Assembly (NCBI GenBank): GCA_021613535.1
Contig: CP075496.1
Coordinates: forward strand, 6,882,001-6,946,000
Direction: 5' to 3'
DNA: 64,000 nucleotides
Source of the DNA: Adineta vaga
Lineage: Eukaryota > Animalia > Rotifera
Shown piece by piece: positions 10,736 to 28,413 of this stretch. The notes beneath the pieces were generated by a model that was not told the origin of the DNA, ran no database searches, and saw only the letters and a list, made by a program, of their open reading frames with translations. Positions within the stretch are counted from its first letter, which is position 1, and each line of letters opens with the position of its first letter. Position numbers and translations under genes: made by a program.

Positions 10736-13700
10736 TTATTTCAATCGTTTATTTAATTTATTTTCATATGACCATTTTTGTTCACCTGATTCAACAAAAT
10801 ACTAAACAAAACAAAAAAAAAAGAAATAGTTTTCTGAGAAGAAATAAATTCTTATTCAATTACTTTTGTTTGCCATTTAATCGATTTTTCTGCACGTTCT
10901 TTGGCTCCTTCACGTTGTCGTTGCTCAAGAAATAATTTCGATTCTGTAGCTTTATCTAATTGTTTCGATTTCAAATAATAAGTAACATCTTTCCATAGAC
11001 TAAATGACAACAAATGAATTTATTCATTGTCTTACTGAAAATGACTTCCTACCATCGACTTTCAAATTCACTTTGTTCAGCAATCGGTCGAACATTTTTC
11101 TTAATCACTGGTGTAGATTTTGTATCGAAAAAGATATCGGAAATTTTTGTATCGCTATATTTTGCATACATGATACCATTCCATTCGCCATCTATTTTAC
11201 AAAATTCTTTTTTATCAGGTCCATGTAAACTTCCTGTTATTTGGTGTTTTTTACCATTATAAAATGGCTGAAAACATAAGGACGGTAAATGTTGGAAAAT
11301 ACATTCACAAAAGAAAAACCACGTACTTTTGTGAGAAACTCGATATTTGCAGAGTAACCTGTTTTTTCACAATCAATTGTTACTTTACCACCCATTTCAA
11401 ACCATGGTACACCGAGAATTGATCTAAAGAAAATCATGTTTAATGTCTTTATCTTCTTTGTAAAGAACTCTGTTAATTACAAACATTCTCATGCCATGTT
11501 TTGTGAGAAAAAGACAAAATCTCTTTGCCTTTCTTATTTCGCATTTTATCTATTTTTCTAATATTAAAAAAATTATATATTCAAAGATATACAATAGACT
11601 TCTTCTCTCTCTTTTTCAGCCTTATGGCTATGGAATTTCATATATTAATAGTAATTCGCTTCATGAAATTTCTACCTATAATCATACTTAATGAACATCA
11701 GAATCTTCCGCTTAGATCATCTCTTTAAGTCATGCTTTCATTTCACTCGATTGTTTCTTTTTGAAACTGATAATCTTCTGTATAATTAGATCAGTTTGAA
11801 ACTTTTGTAATTATTTACCGGCCGTATGCACTAGGAAATGTCATTACATAACGTTCATCATGTTCCAATAATGTTAATGTAGCATCTCCAATCATATGCA
11901 CAGCTACAGATAAGCCTAAAAATTTTGATTTTGTCCATAGACAACCATCAATTTGAATATGTTTTGCCGGACATTCAGCATAAAAGGATGCAACTAGAAA
12001 GAAATAATAATATGGATTAGAAATGTTGATAAGTCTATATTACTAGGTGGATGATGTGAAGTTTGTTCAGCAATGAAAGTAACATTATCATCAGATGACC
12101 ATGGAACAGGACCATCTTTTGCTAATTTTGTCTATAATAGAAGAAAAAGAAACAAGTAGAAAATGATAAAATTAGCAGAAAGAATCTTACATTTTTGCTG
12201 GCAGTTGAATTTGCTGAAGATCCAATATCATAATAACATTGAAATGTTTCACCAAGAATAGGATTATAAGGTTTTTTAGGTACAGCACTTTTACGGCCAG
12301 CATGAAATGCTGATAGATACCATTTAACAACTTGAATAAAACGATCACGTGGTGTATGATAATCTGTAACACTAGAGAATATTTCAGTAGACATGAGTTC
12401 ATTTCTTTGTTCATATGTTCTTACTTGACAAATTGATCTGGATGAGCAAGAAAATCAGCTAACATTTCCAAGAAAGAACGACGTTCAAGAATAAATGTCG
12501 GTAATGTTATTTTAGTTAAATCCATTGAAATACGAGCCTGAGAGAATAATAAATAGTAAAACAAGAGTATTTCGTACTGTGCAATATTATTTTTTACGAA
12601 TTATGTAAAATTTCATTATCAAACTAAATCTACTAATCTATTATCCTATTATCGAAATTCAATATTTTTTCTTTGCAACAAAAGAATTACAATATATTTT
12701 TAACTTTGCAGTATAAAGCATGACAAAGAAAAAAGAGGAAATTATTTTACCTGAGAAATTAAATGTGAAATAATAGTACCATCAATGGGTGCCACTGGAA
12801 AAGAAGTTTTTTTATTAACTGACGAAGAGAAAGTGCATCACTTACATTCTTCTTCAGGCTCTTCTTCATAAGCAGCTTCATAAATTTCAAATGGAATTTG
12901 TGAATTACTTGCACGACTACAATCAAAATTCATGGATACAAATAAACAGATAAAGTTTTCAAATTTTACTTCGTTCCATCGATTTGATTTTCATTCATTT
13001 TTCCTTTATCTATTGTATTACTTTCCACATTCTGCAATAATAATGTTGATTTATCAGTTGTTTTTGATAGAACATTATTATTTTGTTTATTAATTGTCTC
13101 CGTTTGTTGCAAATTATCAGTTGTTGGTGATGGTGATATTGTTGGTGTACTAAATAAATAAATTCATTTGTCATTGAAAAACAAATCTATTTCCATAACA
13201 ATAGAGAAAAGAAAAAAGAGAAAAGAAAAATAACTCGTCATCATCGAATAAAAGATGCTACTGACGAGTCGCCAGTAATGATCTTATTACGTCTGCGTTA
13301 TTTCCTCTGAACTCAGTTTGGTTATCATTTGAAGTTGTCTTCAGCACATTTTCTTTTCCTTCCTTTACGAACGGCTTCTGATTTCTATATCGTTTAATAG
13401 TTGAAAGAGAAGAAAAATAGTAGAGAAAAAAAGAACTACAAACGAGCGGAAGAAGTACTTTATGAATAACATTCGCTTTTTTTTCACAACTCACTCGATT
13501 AACCAAATGCATCTATATGATAATTATTCTGATTCAATGTTCAAAAGACAAATCAACAAAATATTTGTTACACATCAGAAAATCGAGATACATACTCTAC
13601 GTTTTCTTCTTCTTTTTGGAGAAATTCTCATAAAAACTAGAAACGATGATATTATAAGTGACATATATCAGATAAATATTTCAAGAGACGTGTAGTATAG

Positions 13701-15543
13701 TGGAAGTTTTCAACGCGTGAGAGTTTGAGAAAAAACAGATTCTAATGACGTTTCAAAGAAATTTGCAATGAATAATGTATTCAGAATTTGGAAGAGGAAA
13801 TGATAGACATGTCTGTATATCTTACTCCATTGCTTCGTCAGCATCATAAAAATCATCATCATCACTACTGGAATAAGATGAAACTGGAAAGTTTTTTCGG
13901 ACAGTTTTAACAGCAGTACGATAATCCAAAGCTAGTTTTGAAAATCAAAAATATTATAATAACGTCAAATTTGAATAGATTACATCCAATCGATGTTCGA
14001 TCTCCTTCATTTTCTTCCATTAATCCGCCACGAGCAGTTGAATGAGCGGTATGAGAAGATGCTTCATTACCATGGAGAATTGTATCTAAAAGAACACATA
14101 TGAGAATAGTTTTTCAGAGAAATAATGTTTGTTTTACCTTTATGAATATTCATATGTGATAGGACAGCTTGATAATCAACATCGGATCTAACATCGCTAT
14201 GAGGATCCATATGTACCTTTTGAGAAAAGAACTTTTGTAAATTCTTGTTCATTAATTAAGAATGATGATGATAACACCAACGTTATTTTCAATTCTTTAC
14301 TCTTAATTCTACGTTGTTCAACATTCTCCTTTCTATCGTATGAGTTACTATGAATCTCTACTGATCTCAATCTTTTCACATGCATATGATTATATAAAAT
14401 GTGGTTGAAAGTTCATGACATTCATTGTTCCTACCAATAGTTCTAATCGATGTTACTATGAACTTTTACATGGATTTAATCTTATTAAGAATCAACCTAC
14501 TTCATTTCATTCGTTTTCCTATATTCTCGCCTATGAAAAACTCTGCATGTTATAAAATCATAAAAAAACCCAGTAAACACTGATAATCTCACATAAAAAG
14601 CAAATCTTTCTTACTTTTGCTAATTGCAATGAAACAATGGAATATTTAACCGCTTCAATCAATCTCTATAAAAAAACAGAACATAAAAAAACACAAACTG
14701 TCATCTGTCACATTTCATCGTTGACTTACTTTTGCTGAAGTAACGACACGTTTGCAAGATTCTTGTTCTTTATTATCTTGCTCTTGTTCACTTTTTTGTT
14801 CAAGTGCCTTGATAATAAAAACAAAACACGATTTTCTTTCGGATAGAAATCAAAAGAGAATATCTTTACATTAACTTGATCAATTAATAATTGTAAATAA
14901 GCATCAGCTTCAGCTATTTTACGTTCAAATAACGATGTACTCGAAACAGATAATTTATCCTATCGAAAGAAAATTTTCTTGATAATCTTTCTTACAGCAA
15001 AAACACATACAGTATTAATACTATTTAGACTAATTGCTTCTTCTAAATTTGAAATCCATTTTTGTCTTTCTTCTGCATCACGTGCTAAATGAAGATACGA
15101 TTTTCTCAATAAAAATAACATTCATTTATATAATATATACCTTGGAAATGGAATGTTTTACCATGACAACGAATTGTAAACTAAAATACGAAAATATTTT
15201 CTCAATCTACATACATACATCATCATCATCATCATCTTACTGTACTGTCATCTTCGGAATCGATTCCTAAATAAGCTCCCTAGAAACATAATCCAATAAT
15301 GTATAAATTTTCAAAAACCATAAGTACGTTTCTTACCCTTAATAAAACAACACCACGTCGTTCACCCTTAACCATATTTTCTTTTGACTAGAATACAATC
15401 ATTATCTTAATTATATTATGACTTTTCTTGGATTTTACCGTGTAATAGATTAGCATTCCTTGAGTAGGATCTAATACAAAAAATCGATATTGCCATCCTT
15501 GTATGACATTCGTCCATTTACTAAGAGGACCTTCGAATAACAT
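10736..15543 (-). CDS. OSBPL9: Oxysterol-binding protein-related protein 9 (PH + FFAT + ORD)
   Basis: N-terminal [21 protein letters not shown] (PH domain) and FFAT-like [15 protein letters not shown] motifs are [41 protein letters not shown] and [13 protein letters not shown]. Confidence 0.9.
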
Positions 15544-16545
15544 CTTGAATTCAAAAAAAAGAAAGAAAAAGAAATGTAAATGTGTGTATTTTATCATTTC
15601 TTCAACATAATCAAAATTATGATTCATTGATCAATTCGTTTGAAAAGCATGTCAAGTTTTTTTTCGAATGAAGAATAACAGAAAAAAAATATGTGCACGA
15701 AGAATTTTGTTTATTTACGCCATGAAAGCTAAATACTTCGGAAATATCATTGGTAAAAAATGAGGATGCCTGACATAAGATGTCGCACTCGTAGAGTTTG
15801 GTGCTGACGAGTAGCAAGAGAAATAGATTAGTTAATAATGACTTGAAACAGTATGTTTATATCTCAAAGAAAATCTCCTAGGCAAAAGAATGATTTTTAA
15901 TTAATAAATATATGCAAAAATTCATTACTTTTCATTTATGATACAATATACTGATAGGTTATGATTTCCAATATGACAAACCTGTGAATTGTTTTATTTG
16001 AAATAAATACAACAATGAAATTAGTATTTTTATCTGTATTTTTCACATCTGTTCTACTATTTATTTTACTCGCTTCTCTTCATTACTTATCTTTATGATA
16101 TTAAGAAAAATCTAGATTACTTTTCTGAAATATTCAACAGTAAATACAATTGTTCAGTGAAAAATTCCCTATTGAAATGACATATTCATAATTCAGTTGT
16201 TGTACTTGAAAAATTGTCGATCACTGTGTTATATCATGTGTTTAATTATATTTTAATCCAACTGAACGACAAATACGAAATTGTCAATTCTTATTAGATT
16301 TCTGACAGTGATTATGTCTCAATAGAAAACAAAGAAATCAGTTTATTTTGTTTAATGGATGATTGAAAAGAATTGATTTCTGAAAAAGTATTGTATCGAT
16401 ATATTTTTATCTTTATTATTAGATATTAAAACCTGTCTAAATATAAAAAAAAGATCATTGCTTTGTGATAGATAAATAGACGAAATCAACGGAAGTGAAG
16501 TTTTTATTGCAAAAAAGTCTAGTTTGTGTTTTGAAAATCAAATGT

Positions 16546-17789
<1,244 letters not shown>

Positions 17790-18212
17790 ATCTCGAATAG
17801 AAAAAGCATAAATACAACATATACATCTGCATGTTTGCTTTATTTTTTTCTTCTTCTCTTTTTCAGGTTAACAAACAAGACAGAAAAATCAATGAAACGA
17901 AAGATGTGTAACCCAATGAATAAAAAAGCCAAACGGGTAAAAGGTAATAACAAGAGTTAGTAGGAGTAAACTTACACAGAAATAAAAAAAACACAAGAAA
18001 AGAAACGACGAACTTTGACAAAGTAATGAAATGATACGTGTATAGATCTCTTTTTTTTCTCTAGTTTTTCTTTATTAGGATAAAACAACAAGCACAAGAG
18101 ATATGAGAATAAGAAAAGAAGAAAAATGAAATTCTTTTTATGGAATATATATTTATATAAATACGGTGTATTTTGGTTTCTTTATTGTTTAATTTCAATT
18201 TACTTCGAAGAT

Positions 18213-19008
<796 letters not shown>

Positions 19009-22000
19009 TCAACTTTTTGATAAAAATCTACAAAAAGCAAATAAAAATTTTCTATTTGTCTTTAAATCTGATTGAAATGTTAAAGAATATAAAATGAACG
19101 TTCATTTTCAAAAAAAGAACTAATGTATCGAAAATATGATGAGACGTGGCAGAGAGTGTAGGAGGCAAGTAAAGAGAATCATCAAGAACAGAACAAATAA
19201 AAGCGAAAAAGAAGTTAATGATGATTCATCATACATCAAACATCCTTGTTAGATTTAGTTTTTTTCTCGGAAAAAACCTTTTTATTGAACTTTAATCCAA
19301 TATTTCAATATATTCAATTGAATGATCTTTAACAAAACTTGTATCTAGTATCAATGAAATATGTTCGTGTCAAAAGAGGTCACTATAAGACAGTATTGAT
19401 CACTTTCGAGTGTTTCGTAAGTAAAAAAAAATAAAGCTTTTATGATTCTATGTATTTGTTTTGTTTTGAAAAGAGAGAAACAATGGTAAGATGAATGAAT
19501 TGGATTTTTATTCATCGAAATGTTTTGCACTAAAAAAAAGTTATTTATAGATAAAAATCGATCCCATCATTATCATAAGAATGTTTGTCTTCATGACAGT
19601 GTTATCATCATCATCATCATCATTATATTTTCTCTTGACATATGCCAGTCGATCGAATGAAAAGTGTTTTTGTTTATGATTTTCTAATGATTCTCTTGAG
19701 ATCAGTTATTTCAAATGCGTCAATTAGGGGAAAAAACGACAGATACGAATCGTTTTTAACCTTCATCATTCTCTATTCTTATTCTACTAATGGAAAAAGA
19801 AAACGAGAATATATTTTCATGTAATCTTGAAGTGTTAATGCCATGATAATAAATCAATATTTTACATATCTGTCATAGGTAAGTAAGGTATAATAAAGAT
19901 ATGAATGATATTTGATGTCGATTTTATTTCGAATCTTTGTTAGAAAAGGCTTTGAAAAGACAAATGAAATCGATTAGATTTTGTTAAACATGACCAATAT
20001 TCACTATTGAAATGAAACTAGGGATATTTTAACCTCAAAAATAATATTTATTGTATGATTGCAAAGTTATGAAACTTGTTTAACTCAAGGTCGAATTTAT
20101 ATGGTATTAGTCTTTCTATGTTTCTTTTGTCATTCATGATCAAGTACGCCCTATCGTAATAGACCAATTTATTGCTAGTTCAATTACTTTTTTGTTTTAT
20201 AACTTTATACAAAGCAACGATACAAGTATGTAAAACGGTCAAATTTATATAATCAAATATTGATTTAACCATGTTTCTCATACTCAAATTTTCTTTTTCT
20301 TCTAATGCGGAAAGTTTTTTTCTTTTAATAAGTATTGTTTATTTTCATTCGCGTCAAATTGAATATCGCATTCTAAATATTTAGTCACACAAGGCTGATT
20401 ACAACGCTCGAATGATTCTTTACATCCGTGCATAACATGTGTCTACTTGTGTAATTATTCGAATAAATCAAATCAAATTAAATTGTTTATTTTGATGATC
20501 GATACTTTTGATCGAATCTGTTCACAGCGATTGACATAAAATATGTTGCAATTTAATTAATAGGTAGAATTACAATTAACTATGAGTTAAGAAATAATTA
20601 TACTATTGATCGTAGTCAATAGAAGCAAGTTCCTGTTTTTGGTTGAGTAGAATTCAAAGTGCAATTAAATTCATCTTATTTTTACTTAGAAGAAAAAAGG
20701 TTAGTATTAATCAGATTTTCTTCACTTCATGGTTCAAATTCTAATAGATACAAATGAGAAGTCATCAATCTCGTTAGGAGAATCTATAGGCCATGCTTCC
20801 TGTGACGGAAACTTCTGCTTTTATCTCCAAGGATTTATTGTTTTCGTATGAAATAAGAAAACTTTTATCTACTAATATTTTCTTCTAGTTTACTCGAACA
20901 TTTCAGCACGTAGAGAATGACACTTAGAAGTAGAATAAAAAAAACTCTTATCGAATTCATAATAAGCATCAATCTGGAATAAATAGGTGATTGACTTTTA
21001 GTTTTTAATATAAAAAATTTCATCACTTTTGAAATATTTAAAATGATCGAGATTGCTTTGTTCGTTAAGAATAGAAATTTAAGAGTAGTCTTGAAAATTC
21101 ATATTTGATCTCATGTGTTTTCAATAGTAAATATTGATTAAATGTAGCATAGAATGTCTTCAGTTGTTGGTATATATTTACATTTACTTACAAAACCACA
21201 TATAAATATACCTTGTTTTATTAGTAATGCCTCGTTTCGTATTGACTATAAAGGTAAAATATGAATAGCTTCATTAAGGATGCAATCGATCGATATGATT
21301 TAAAACATTTTCAAAAGATAGTTTTTATTTTATTTTTTTTGAAATATTCATCATACATTAACAGGCTGCAAGGTATCGACACGATAAATTAACATTTCAA
21401 GAGAACATTGTTTTGTCTAATTTCAATGCATTTCCGCACTATTTCTACGTAGGGAATATCATATAAAAAGATAACTCACATTGATCGAAAGAGCACGTTT
21501 CTTCTTCTTTTTTTCTCTAATAGAAATATTTATCTCATTGTTGCGTACTGTTTGACATAGGATATTTACTTTTAACATTGATAATGGATTTTTTTTGTAT
21601 GAAATTAGAAATTAGACTTATTAGTAATTATCCAGAATATCTAAAAAAAATAGCCTTGACAAGTAAAGTTTTTAGCATTTACAAAGTATTTTCTTTATCG
21701 AGAACAATTATACGCTGTATGAGTTCTCTAATTTATGACATTTGTATCTTAATGATCTGTATCAATGTATTCCTATTGATTTATGTATGAGACAATGTCA
21801 TATGATAGTGAGCTTGCTATATATTTCTATCTGTGATGGCATATCAATCTATCATCACTGTATGTAGTAGTAGTAGTGGTATTCGTACTGTTATATATAA
21901 CAGATAACATTTGAAATAGGAAAGTATCTTGAATTAATCGTTGAATTTCATGAATATTATTTGTTTATATGTATTTATAATAATTAGAGAGAGAAATGAA

Positions 22001-23204
22001 GTTTTGTAGTTAGTCATCCTCGATAATTTATGTAAAATTTCGAGGTCTTTTCTTCAGTAAAAGAAAATCTCTATTGAAATGTTTATTTATTTTCTTATTT
22101 CTACATTTATCTGAGATATGAGATCGATCATTTGTTGATTACTAGTATTCATCAATTGTATGTCTTCGAAATTGTATGCACTTTTGTCTGACATCAATAG
22201 GAATATTTACACAGCCGTTAAATATATAATCGAGGGATATTTTCTCGGTAGAGTTGACGAAAGTCAAATACGACATTTTTTTTCAATTTTTGACTATATT
22301 ATTTTCTATAGAAATTTTACCCATAGCAGACGATCGAGAATTTTATTAGAAAACAATGTCACCACCTACCAATGACCTTCTATGCACTCGAGGTATTGCT
22401 TTTTTATTAAACATATTGATTAGTAATCGATTCGGATATACTTTTAATTGAAATTTTTATTAAGTAGATCAATATTCCTAATGAAGTAGTTCTATTCGAT
22501 CTTTTCTTTGTCTACGTATGAATCGGAAATTACTTAACAATGTAATTGATTAGAGAAAAAAAAACGTAAATGATGACATTTATTGTTTTATTCCAGTTAG
22601 TCCTTCTATCGAACTTACATTCTGTTTGTGAAGATAACTTTTTTTATTTCTCTTCAAGAAAGATTCGTTTCGTTGATATATTCTTAATATTCAAAGCAAT
22701 TAATACAGAGAATGTGTTAAATGATAACAACTTAGTTCCTCTTCATATGTAACTTTATCCGTTGACAAGATTAGTAACAACCAATGTCCCATGTCAATCA
22801 ACTATTAGAACTTTTTTCACTGCTGATACTCACCCTTTCTGAAAACCCTAAGGAATACTATCATAATGAATAAGAATGTGGTTGTTTATTCAATAATCAT
22901 AATAATGATCCTATCATTTCTTGCATGCTACCCTTCATTTTCAGGCGCTGATATCTGAACTATATGAAATTCGGCATATGTTTATTACATTTCTAGACGT
23001 ACTTTTGTTTATGTGTACAACTGAGGTGAATTGGCATTTGCGAAAGTCTCACAATACAGAAATTAACTAATCCACCAGTCATTCTTTCATTGTCTTCCTT
23101 GTTTTGTTCCTATTGTGTGCAAAATGTGCATTTAACAGAGAGAAAAAAAAAGAAAGAAAAATGAGCAGATGCTTTTTTTTACTAGTAATGTTGTTTGAAT
23201 GAGA

Positions 23205-23250
23205 AACGAGAGAGACAGAGAAACAGAGAGAGAAGAAGAAGAAGAGGGAC
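23205..23250. repeat. GA-rich tract upstream of NTPDase gene
   Basis: gagagagacagagaaacagagagagaagaagaagaagaggg is seen directly. Confidence 0.45.
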
Positions 23251-24358
23251 AGAAAAACACCTAATTTTGTTGGCTGATGTCAATAATACGTTAAATTGAT
23301 TTCCTTTTTGCATGATTATCTTGTAAAGATTAATCTCATATATTTATATTAAATGAGAAGAATTATCCCTAGTTATATCACATTATAGAAAAAGAATATT
23401 ATGCGGAATTATTATTTTAAAATGATTTACTATTTTGATATTAAATGAATGAGAAAGGTAAAACAATCTATTAGGCTATTAAAACAAAACAAGTGTTACT
23501 AACCGAGCTGATAAGGTTTCTGTTGTATTTGTAACAGAAGTAAATTGTAAGTAAAATAGAGAGGAGAACAAGAAAGGAACGGTAGAAATTTACATACTAC
23601 TTAGTCTACACAAATCTTTCGAACATGTTAAATAAAGGTAAATAGAAGGTAGTAATTGAATGTTTGTAGTATTGACTTGACATCAAAATGGTATTGTATG
23701 ACTACAACTAATTTTTTCATAATGAGAACCTATTTTCATTAATCAGTAAAGAGACAAAAAAAACGAGAGATAAAAGCAGAGAGAAATGGAGAAAAGCGAA
23801 TATGAGATAAGAGAAAGAAAAAAAAGCTACAATTATTCTCGATTATATTTCCATATCGAGTTACTTTCCGAGAAAGTGAGAAATAATTGACGAGGTGTAG
23901 TCAACACAGTCAGCAGTTAATTAGAATACATATACGTGATTTCATGTCTAACTATGTAGGTGCAGTTAGTTCTGTTTTGTTTCGATTGATTACATTTACG
24001 ATTTCCTATGAAATTGTATCCAACATTATAACCATCAAGAGAGGTAAAATATCGTACTAGGATCAGTATTTATAAGTAACAAAACTATTTGATTATTTCT
24101 GTAGAGTATTTTGACATATATATATGTATATAGTCTTTCTTTTTCTCCTAATTGATGAATATTTATCAATATTGATGACAGTTTTCGATTAATGGTAATA
24201 GTATTCGACTTGTTGAATATCAGTTGATGTATAAACGCGATGACATAGTATATTCATATCGCTTTATTTACTTTTTCTATGTTTTAGAGAAAGAGAAAAG
24301 AAAATTTAGTGTTATATTTTTCTTCAAAATAACACTCGTATTAAACAGACCGATATAT

Positions 24359-26723
24359 ATGGAGGATCAACGACGAATACAAAAACGTCAACAGCGTATT
24401 CGTTCGATAATTAATTTTATACAAGGAATCGCTGTAACTCTCTTTACATTTGCTGTTATCATAGTCATCTATTTAACAGTTATCTATCGAGCACGTGTTA
24501 TACCATTTACTAATTATGCTATTGTTTTCGATGCTGGAAGTTCACATACAGAAATGTTTGTATATCAGTGGCCAGCAGATAAATCCGATGGTTTAGGTAC
24601 AACATCATCTGTTAATGAATATTTTGTTTGTCCACTTGCTGCAGTTTTTGCTGATGATTTGAAGAAAGAAGGCGAATCAATTAAACTTAAAGCCATATCC
24701 GATTTTGAACAACATCTCGATCGTTTACATGATTATTTTCGGCCTTGTTTAGAAAAAGCAGTATTGAAAATTCCTCCAACTCGCCATAAATTTTCACCAA
24801 TCTTTCTTGGTGCTACAGCTGGTATGCGTCTCTCACATTTACGTAATATCACACGTTCAAATCACATTTTGGAAACAATACGTGATATATTTTCAAGATA
24901 TTCATTCCAATTTGTTGCTGCTCGACAAGTAAGTTTTTCTAGACAATTTCTTCATAGATATATTTATTATTTATCCAAGTAAAACTATCAATAATATAGA
25001 TCAAAAAGGTCATGTTCTTCCTATAAACATTAATGAATAGAGCATATCTATAACTACTACATTACTGGATAGCAGGAAATGTTATTCATTGATTACTATA
25101 ACTATATATATATATATATATATATACAGATTCAGAAAAATATTAAGAGATTAAAATGTCTGTGATATACATATATGTGAAAAGAAAAATCTATTAAATT
25201 TCGATTGCTACCGCTGTGTTTCTGATTGTGTATGACATACATATTGATGAAAAAAAGCAGATGAATGACCTTGACGTTTTGTTTTTGATTTATAATAGGT
25301 ACGAATATTGACTGGAATGGAAGAAGCTATTGATGGATGGATAACAACAAATATTCTCTTAGAAAAATTTAAACATCGTCATGAAAAACGAAAACAATTA
25401 AGTTCATCTGCTTCAGTTGATGAATTAGATCCAGATATGGTTGGAGTACTTGATTTGGGTGGTGCTTCGACACAAGTTACATTCACTTGTAAGATTATTC
25501 ACAAAATCAATATTCTAAGGAAAGAAGAAAAATAATGTTCTCTTATCTTCTTATAGATGTTACTCATATTGATGATGAACCGATTCCTGAACAATTTACA
25601 ACAAATATTACATTATTCGATACACTTTATAGTCCTTATGGTCATAGTTACTTATGCTGGGGTAAAAATGAAGCATTGAGACGTCATCGAGCTCGTCTTA
25701 TTAATGCTGCTCTTAATGTTAATCGCACCTATTCACCTTCATCTACACGAATTCTTATACGTGATCCATGTTTAGCACGTGGTGCTAATGATTCTCTAAC
25801 TATGGCGAAAGTTTTTCGTTCACCTTGTACAGCAAATGAACAACAACTATTCAATCAGAATTTAAATATCTCATCATTTACATTTGTTGGAACAGGAAAT
25901 GCCAGTCAATGTCGTCAACGTCTGATTAATTTATTCGATGCGAAACGTAATGATAAAACAGTCAATTGTTCGTTTAAAAAAGATTATTGTACATTTGATC
26001 ATACATTTCAACCATTATTACCAACAAAAATTCATTTTATTGGTCTATCGGGTTATTATTATGTGTTCAACAATTTAGCTCATGGTATATAGCAGAATAT
26101 ACTGAAAAAAAAGTGAGATGTTCTAGTTTTTTTCTTCTAGGTATGTCAAAACCACCTGGATTAACAAAGGAACGTTATAAATTAAAAGATTTTTCATCCA
26201 AAGAAATATCTCAACGTTTAATTAGTGTGGTATGTAGAAAACAAAACAATACTTGATCCATTGATAGTAATTTGACTATATCTCTTAGTGTGAAACTCTA
26301 TATCCAACATTATATGAACAAGAATTAATGACCGCAGATAATGAACAACATAAACGAGCATTATGTTTTGATGCTTGGTATATGTGGCTTCTATTAACAT
26401 ATGCTATTGGTTTTACAGAAAATGATTTAAAACGTGTAAGTTTTGCTAATAGATTTCCAACAGGTAAAGTTGGTTGGACACTTGGATATATGATCAATCA
26501 AACAAATTATATTCCGGCTGAATTTCGTGAAAGACCTATTGGCAAAAATCAATATTTCAGTTGGGTTACACTATCTCTCATCATGGCATTAGTTACACTT
26601 TTATTTCTTATTCTTACATGTCAGACATATATACGTCATATCTATCAAAAACGAACTCATCGCCTAACGACTGTAAATGAAGATGATGATATAAATACAG
26701 CAGCTGAACAATCGCTTGCTTAA
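24359..26723 (+). CDS. Ectonucleoside triphosphate diphosphohydrolase (CD39/NTPDase, two TM helices)
   Basis: All five apyrase conserved regions are present: DAGSSHT, GATAGMR, ILTGMEEAIDGW, DLGGASTQ, GWTLGYM. There are hydrophobic helices at both termini. Confidence 0.92.
25103..25126. repeat. (TA)12 microsatellite in NTPDase intron
   Basis: Perfect TA run seen directly. Confidence 0.9.
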
Positions 26724-27038
26724 TATTTATAACCGGTGTTTCTTCTTCTTCTTCTTCTTATTTTATGTACTTAGTTTAAAGAAAGAAAATCTAGAGTCGA
26801 CTTTGCATCAAAGCATTCTCGAACTTCATCTAGTCATTCATCTTAGAATTGACATAAGCGAAAAGATTGTAGTGATTTTGTTCGTTTTGTGTACGCAGGT
26901 ATGCACTTATATATTATGTATTTATATATACATATATTAGTTTTAGTATATGTTTGTTGTCAAGTGTACTTTTTCTTTTCTTCTTCTTTTATTTTACACT
27001 GCTTCACAGTTTATATTCAGAAAACAAGACAGTGTTAT

Positions 27039-28413
27039 TTACTCTTCATTTTTTCGTTTATTGGAGTTTCCTATTTCCAATGAACGTCGTGCCATTGCTA
27101 GAGCACCATCATATGTAAGATTACCACCAATAAAACCGGATGCATGTATAAATATACATCCTGGTATATCAGATTTCGTACTCAATTCATCATCACGTAA
27201 ACCTTGCCATTGTTTAGGTAATGATAAACGATTTTCAAATGATTTATTGTTCAATGGAACAGCTTGTATACGCCAAGATTTATTCGAATCAGGATAGAGA
27301 ACATATTTGATTGTTTCACCAAGAGTATCTTTTTGTTCTTGTTCAATATCATATAAATGATCACGCCATGGAAATGAACGATCTAGGCGAAGTATTGAAC
27401 CAGATGGATCAATCTAAACATGGTCATAGAATAATGATTTGATCTATGAATCGATCTTACATCAAAACGTTGAGCAATGGCTTGCTCAAGTAATGCTCTT
27501 GCTGGCCACCATTCATGAATATAATAATAAAATCTATCGAGAAATTCTTTACCAATTAATTCCATAGCTTGTTTAAATCCCGCTTCTTCTCGTTCAGTTG
27601 GATTTGGATCGTTCCAAGCTGGATTGAAATAACCAACTCGTGAACTAAGATTTGTGTGAATTCTATATCTTAATAATGAGAAAATACATACAATTCACAC
27701 TAGTGAAAAAGAAAGAAGAATATTTTACTTCATATTTTCACCAATATCGACTCCATTGTCAATAGCATCAATTTCTTGTACAAAAGTTTCATACATTTTA
27801 TCAAATAAAATATCAGCTAGATGATTTCTAATATTTTCATCAAAGGATTCTTTTTTTAATAATTCTTGTAGAATTTCTTTGCCATAATGAACATAAATTA
27901 AGCCAGCACTGGATAATCTAATCGTCCAGGGTTTCTCTGGTCGTAAAGAATGAAAGGTATCAGTAAATGTTCTATTGATATGAAAGAATTTAGAAGAGAA
28001 GCATATGAAAAAAGTCATCTACTTTTGATGATGATCAAAACGTCTTTGTTCAGCATCGAACACACCACCAACATCAACAACTGTATCGCATTCGGCTAGA
28101 ATCTTTGGATCACGGGTTCTAAAATAATGAATAAACTGAATGTTCATCAATAATTTTCTCGAAAGACAATGCGGAAACAACAATCACGAATTCGATAAAT
28201 AATCTTTCGGATATCTTTTGATAATAGAATGACATGAACATAATTAACTAACCTGACGATTTCTGCATTAGCATATCGAGGTAAATTTTTCAAGAGAAAA
28301 CAAGCAAATATTTCATCACAATGAAAATGACCATTATGTGTTGCAATCTTGATTGTATTCACAGTTGACATTGTTCGTCGAAATCCGTGAAAATATCTGA
28401 TTATTGATATCAT
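27039..28413 (-). CDS. MYG1: MYG1 exonuclease (DHH family)
   Basis: [19 protein letters not shown]...[25 protein letters not shown] and [11 protein letters not shown] motifs. Confidence 0.93.

Noticed and set aside
20393-20415. ggctgattacaac resembles the 5' half of the bdelloid spliced-leader sequence as I recall it
   Set aside because: Similarity stops after 13 nt, and no splice donor or Sm site follows, so it is not supportable as an SL RNA gene.
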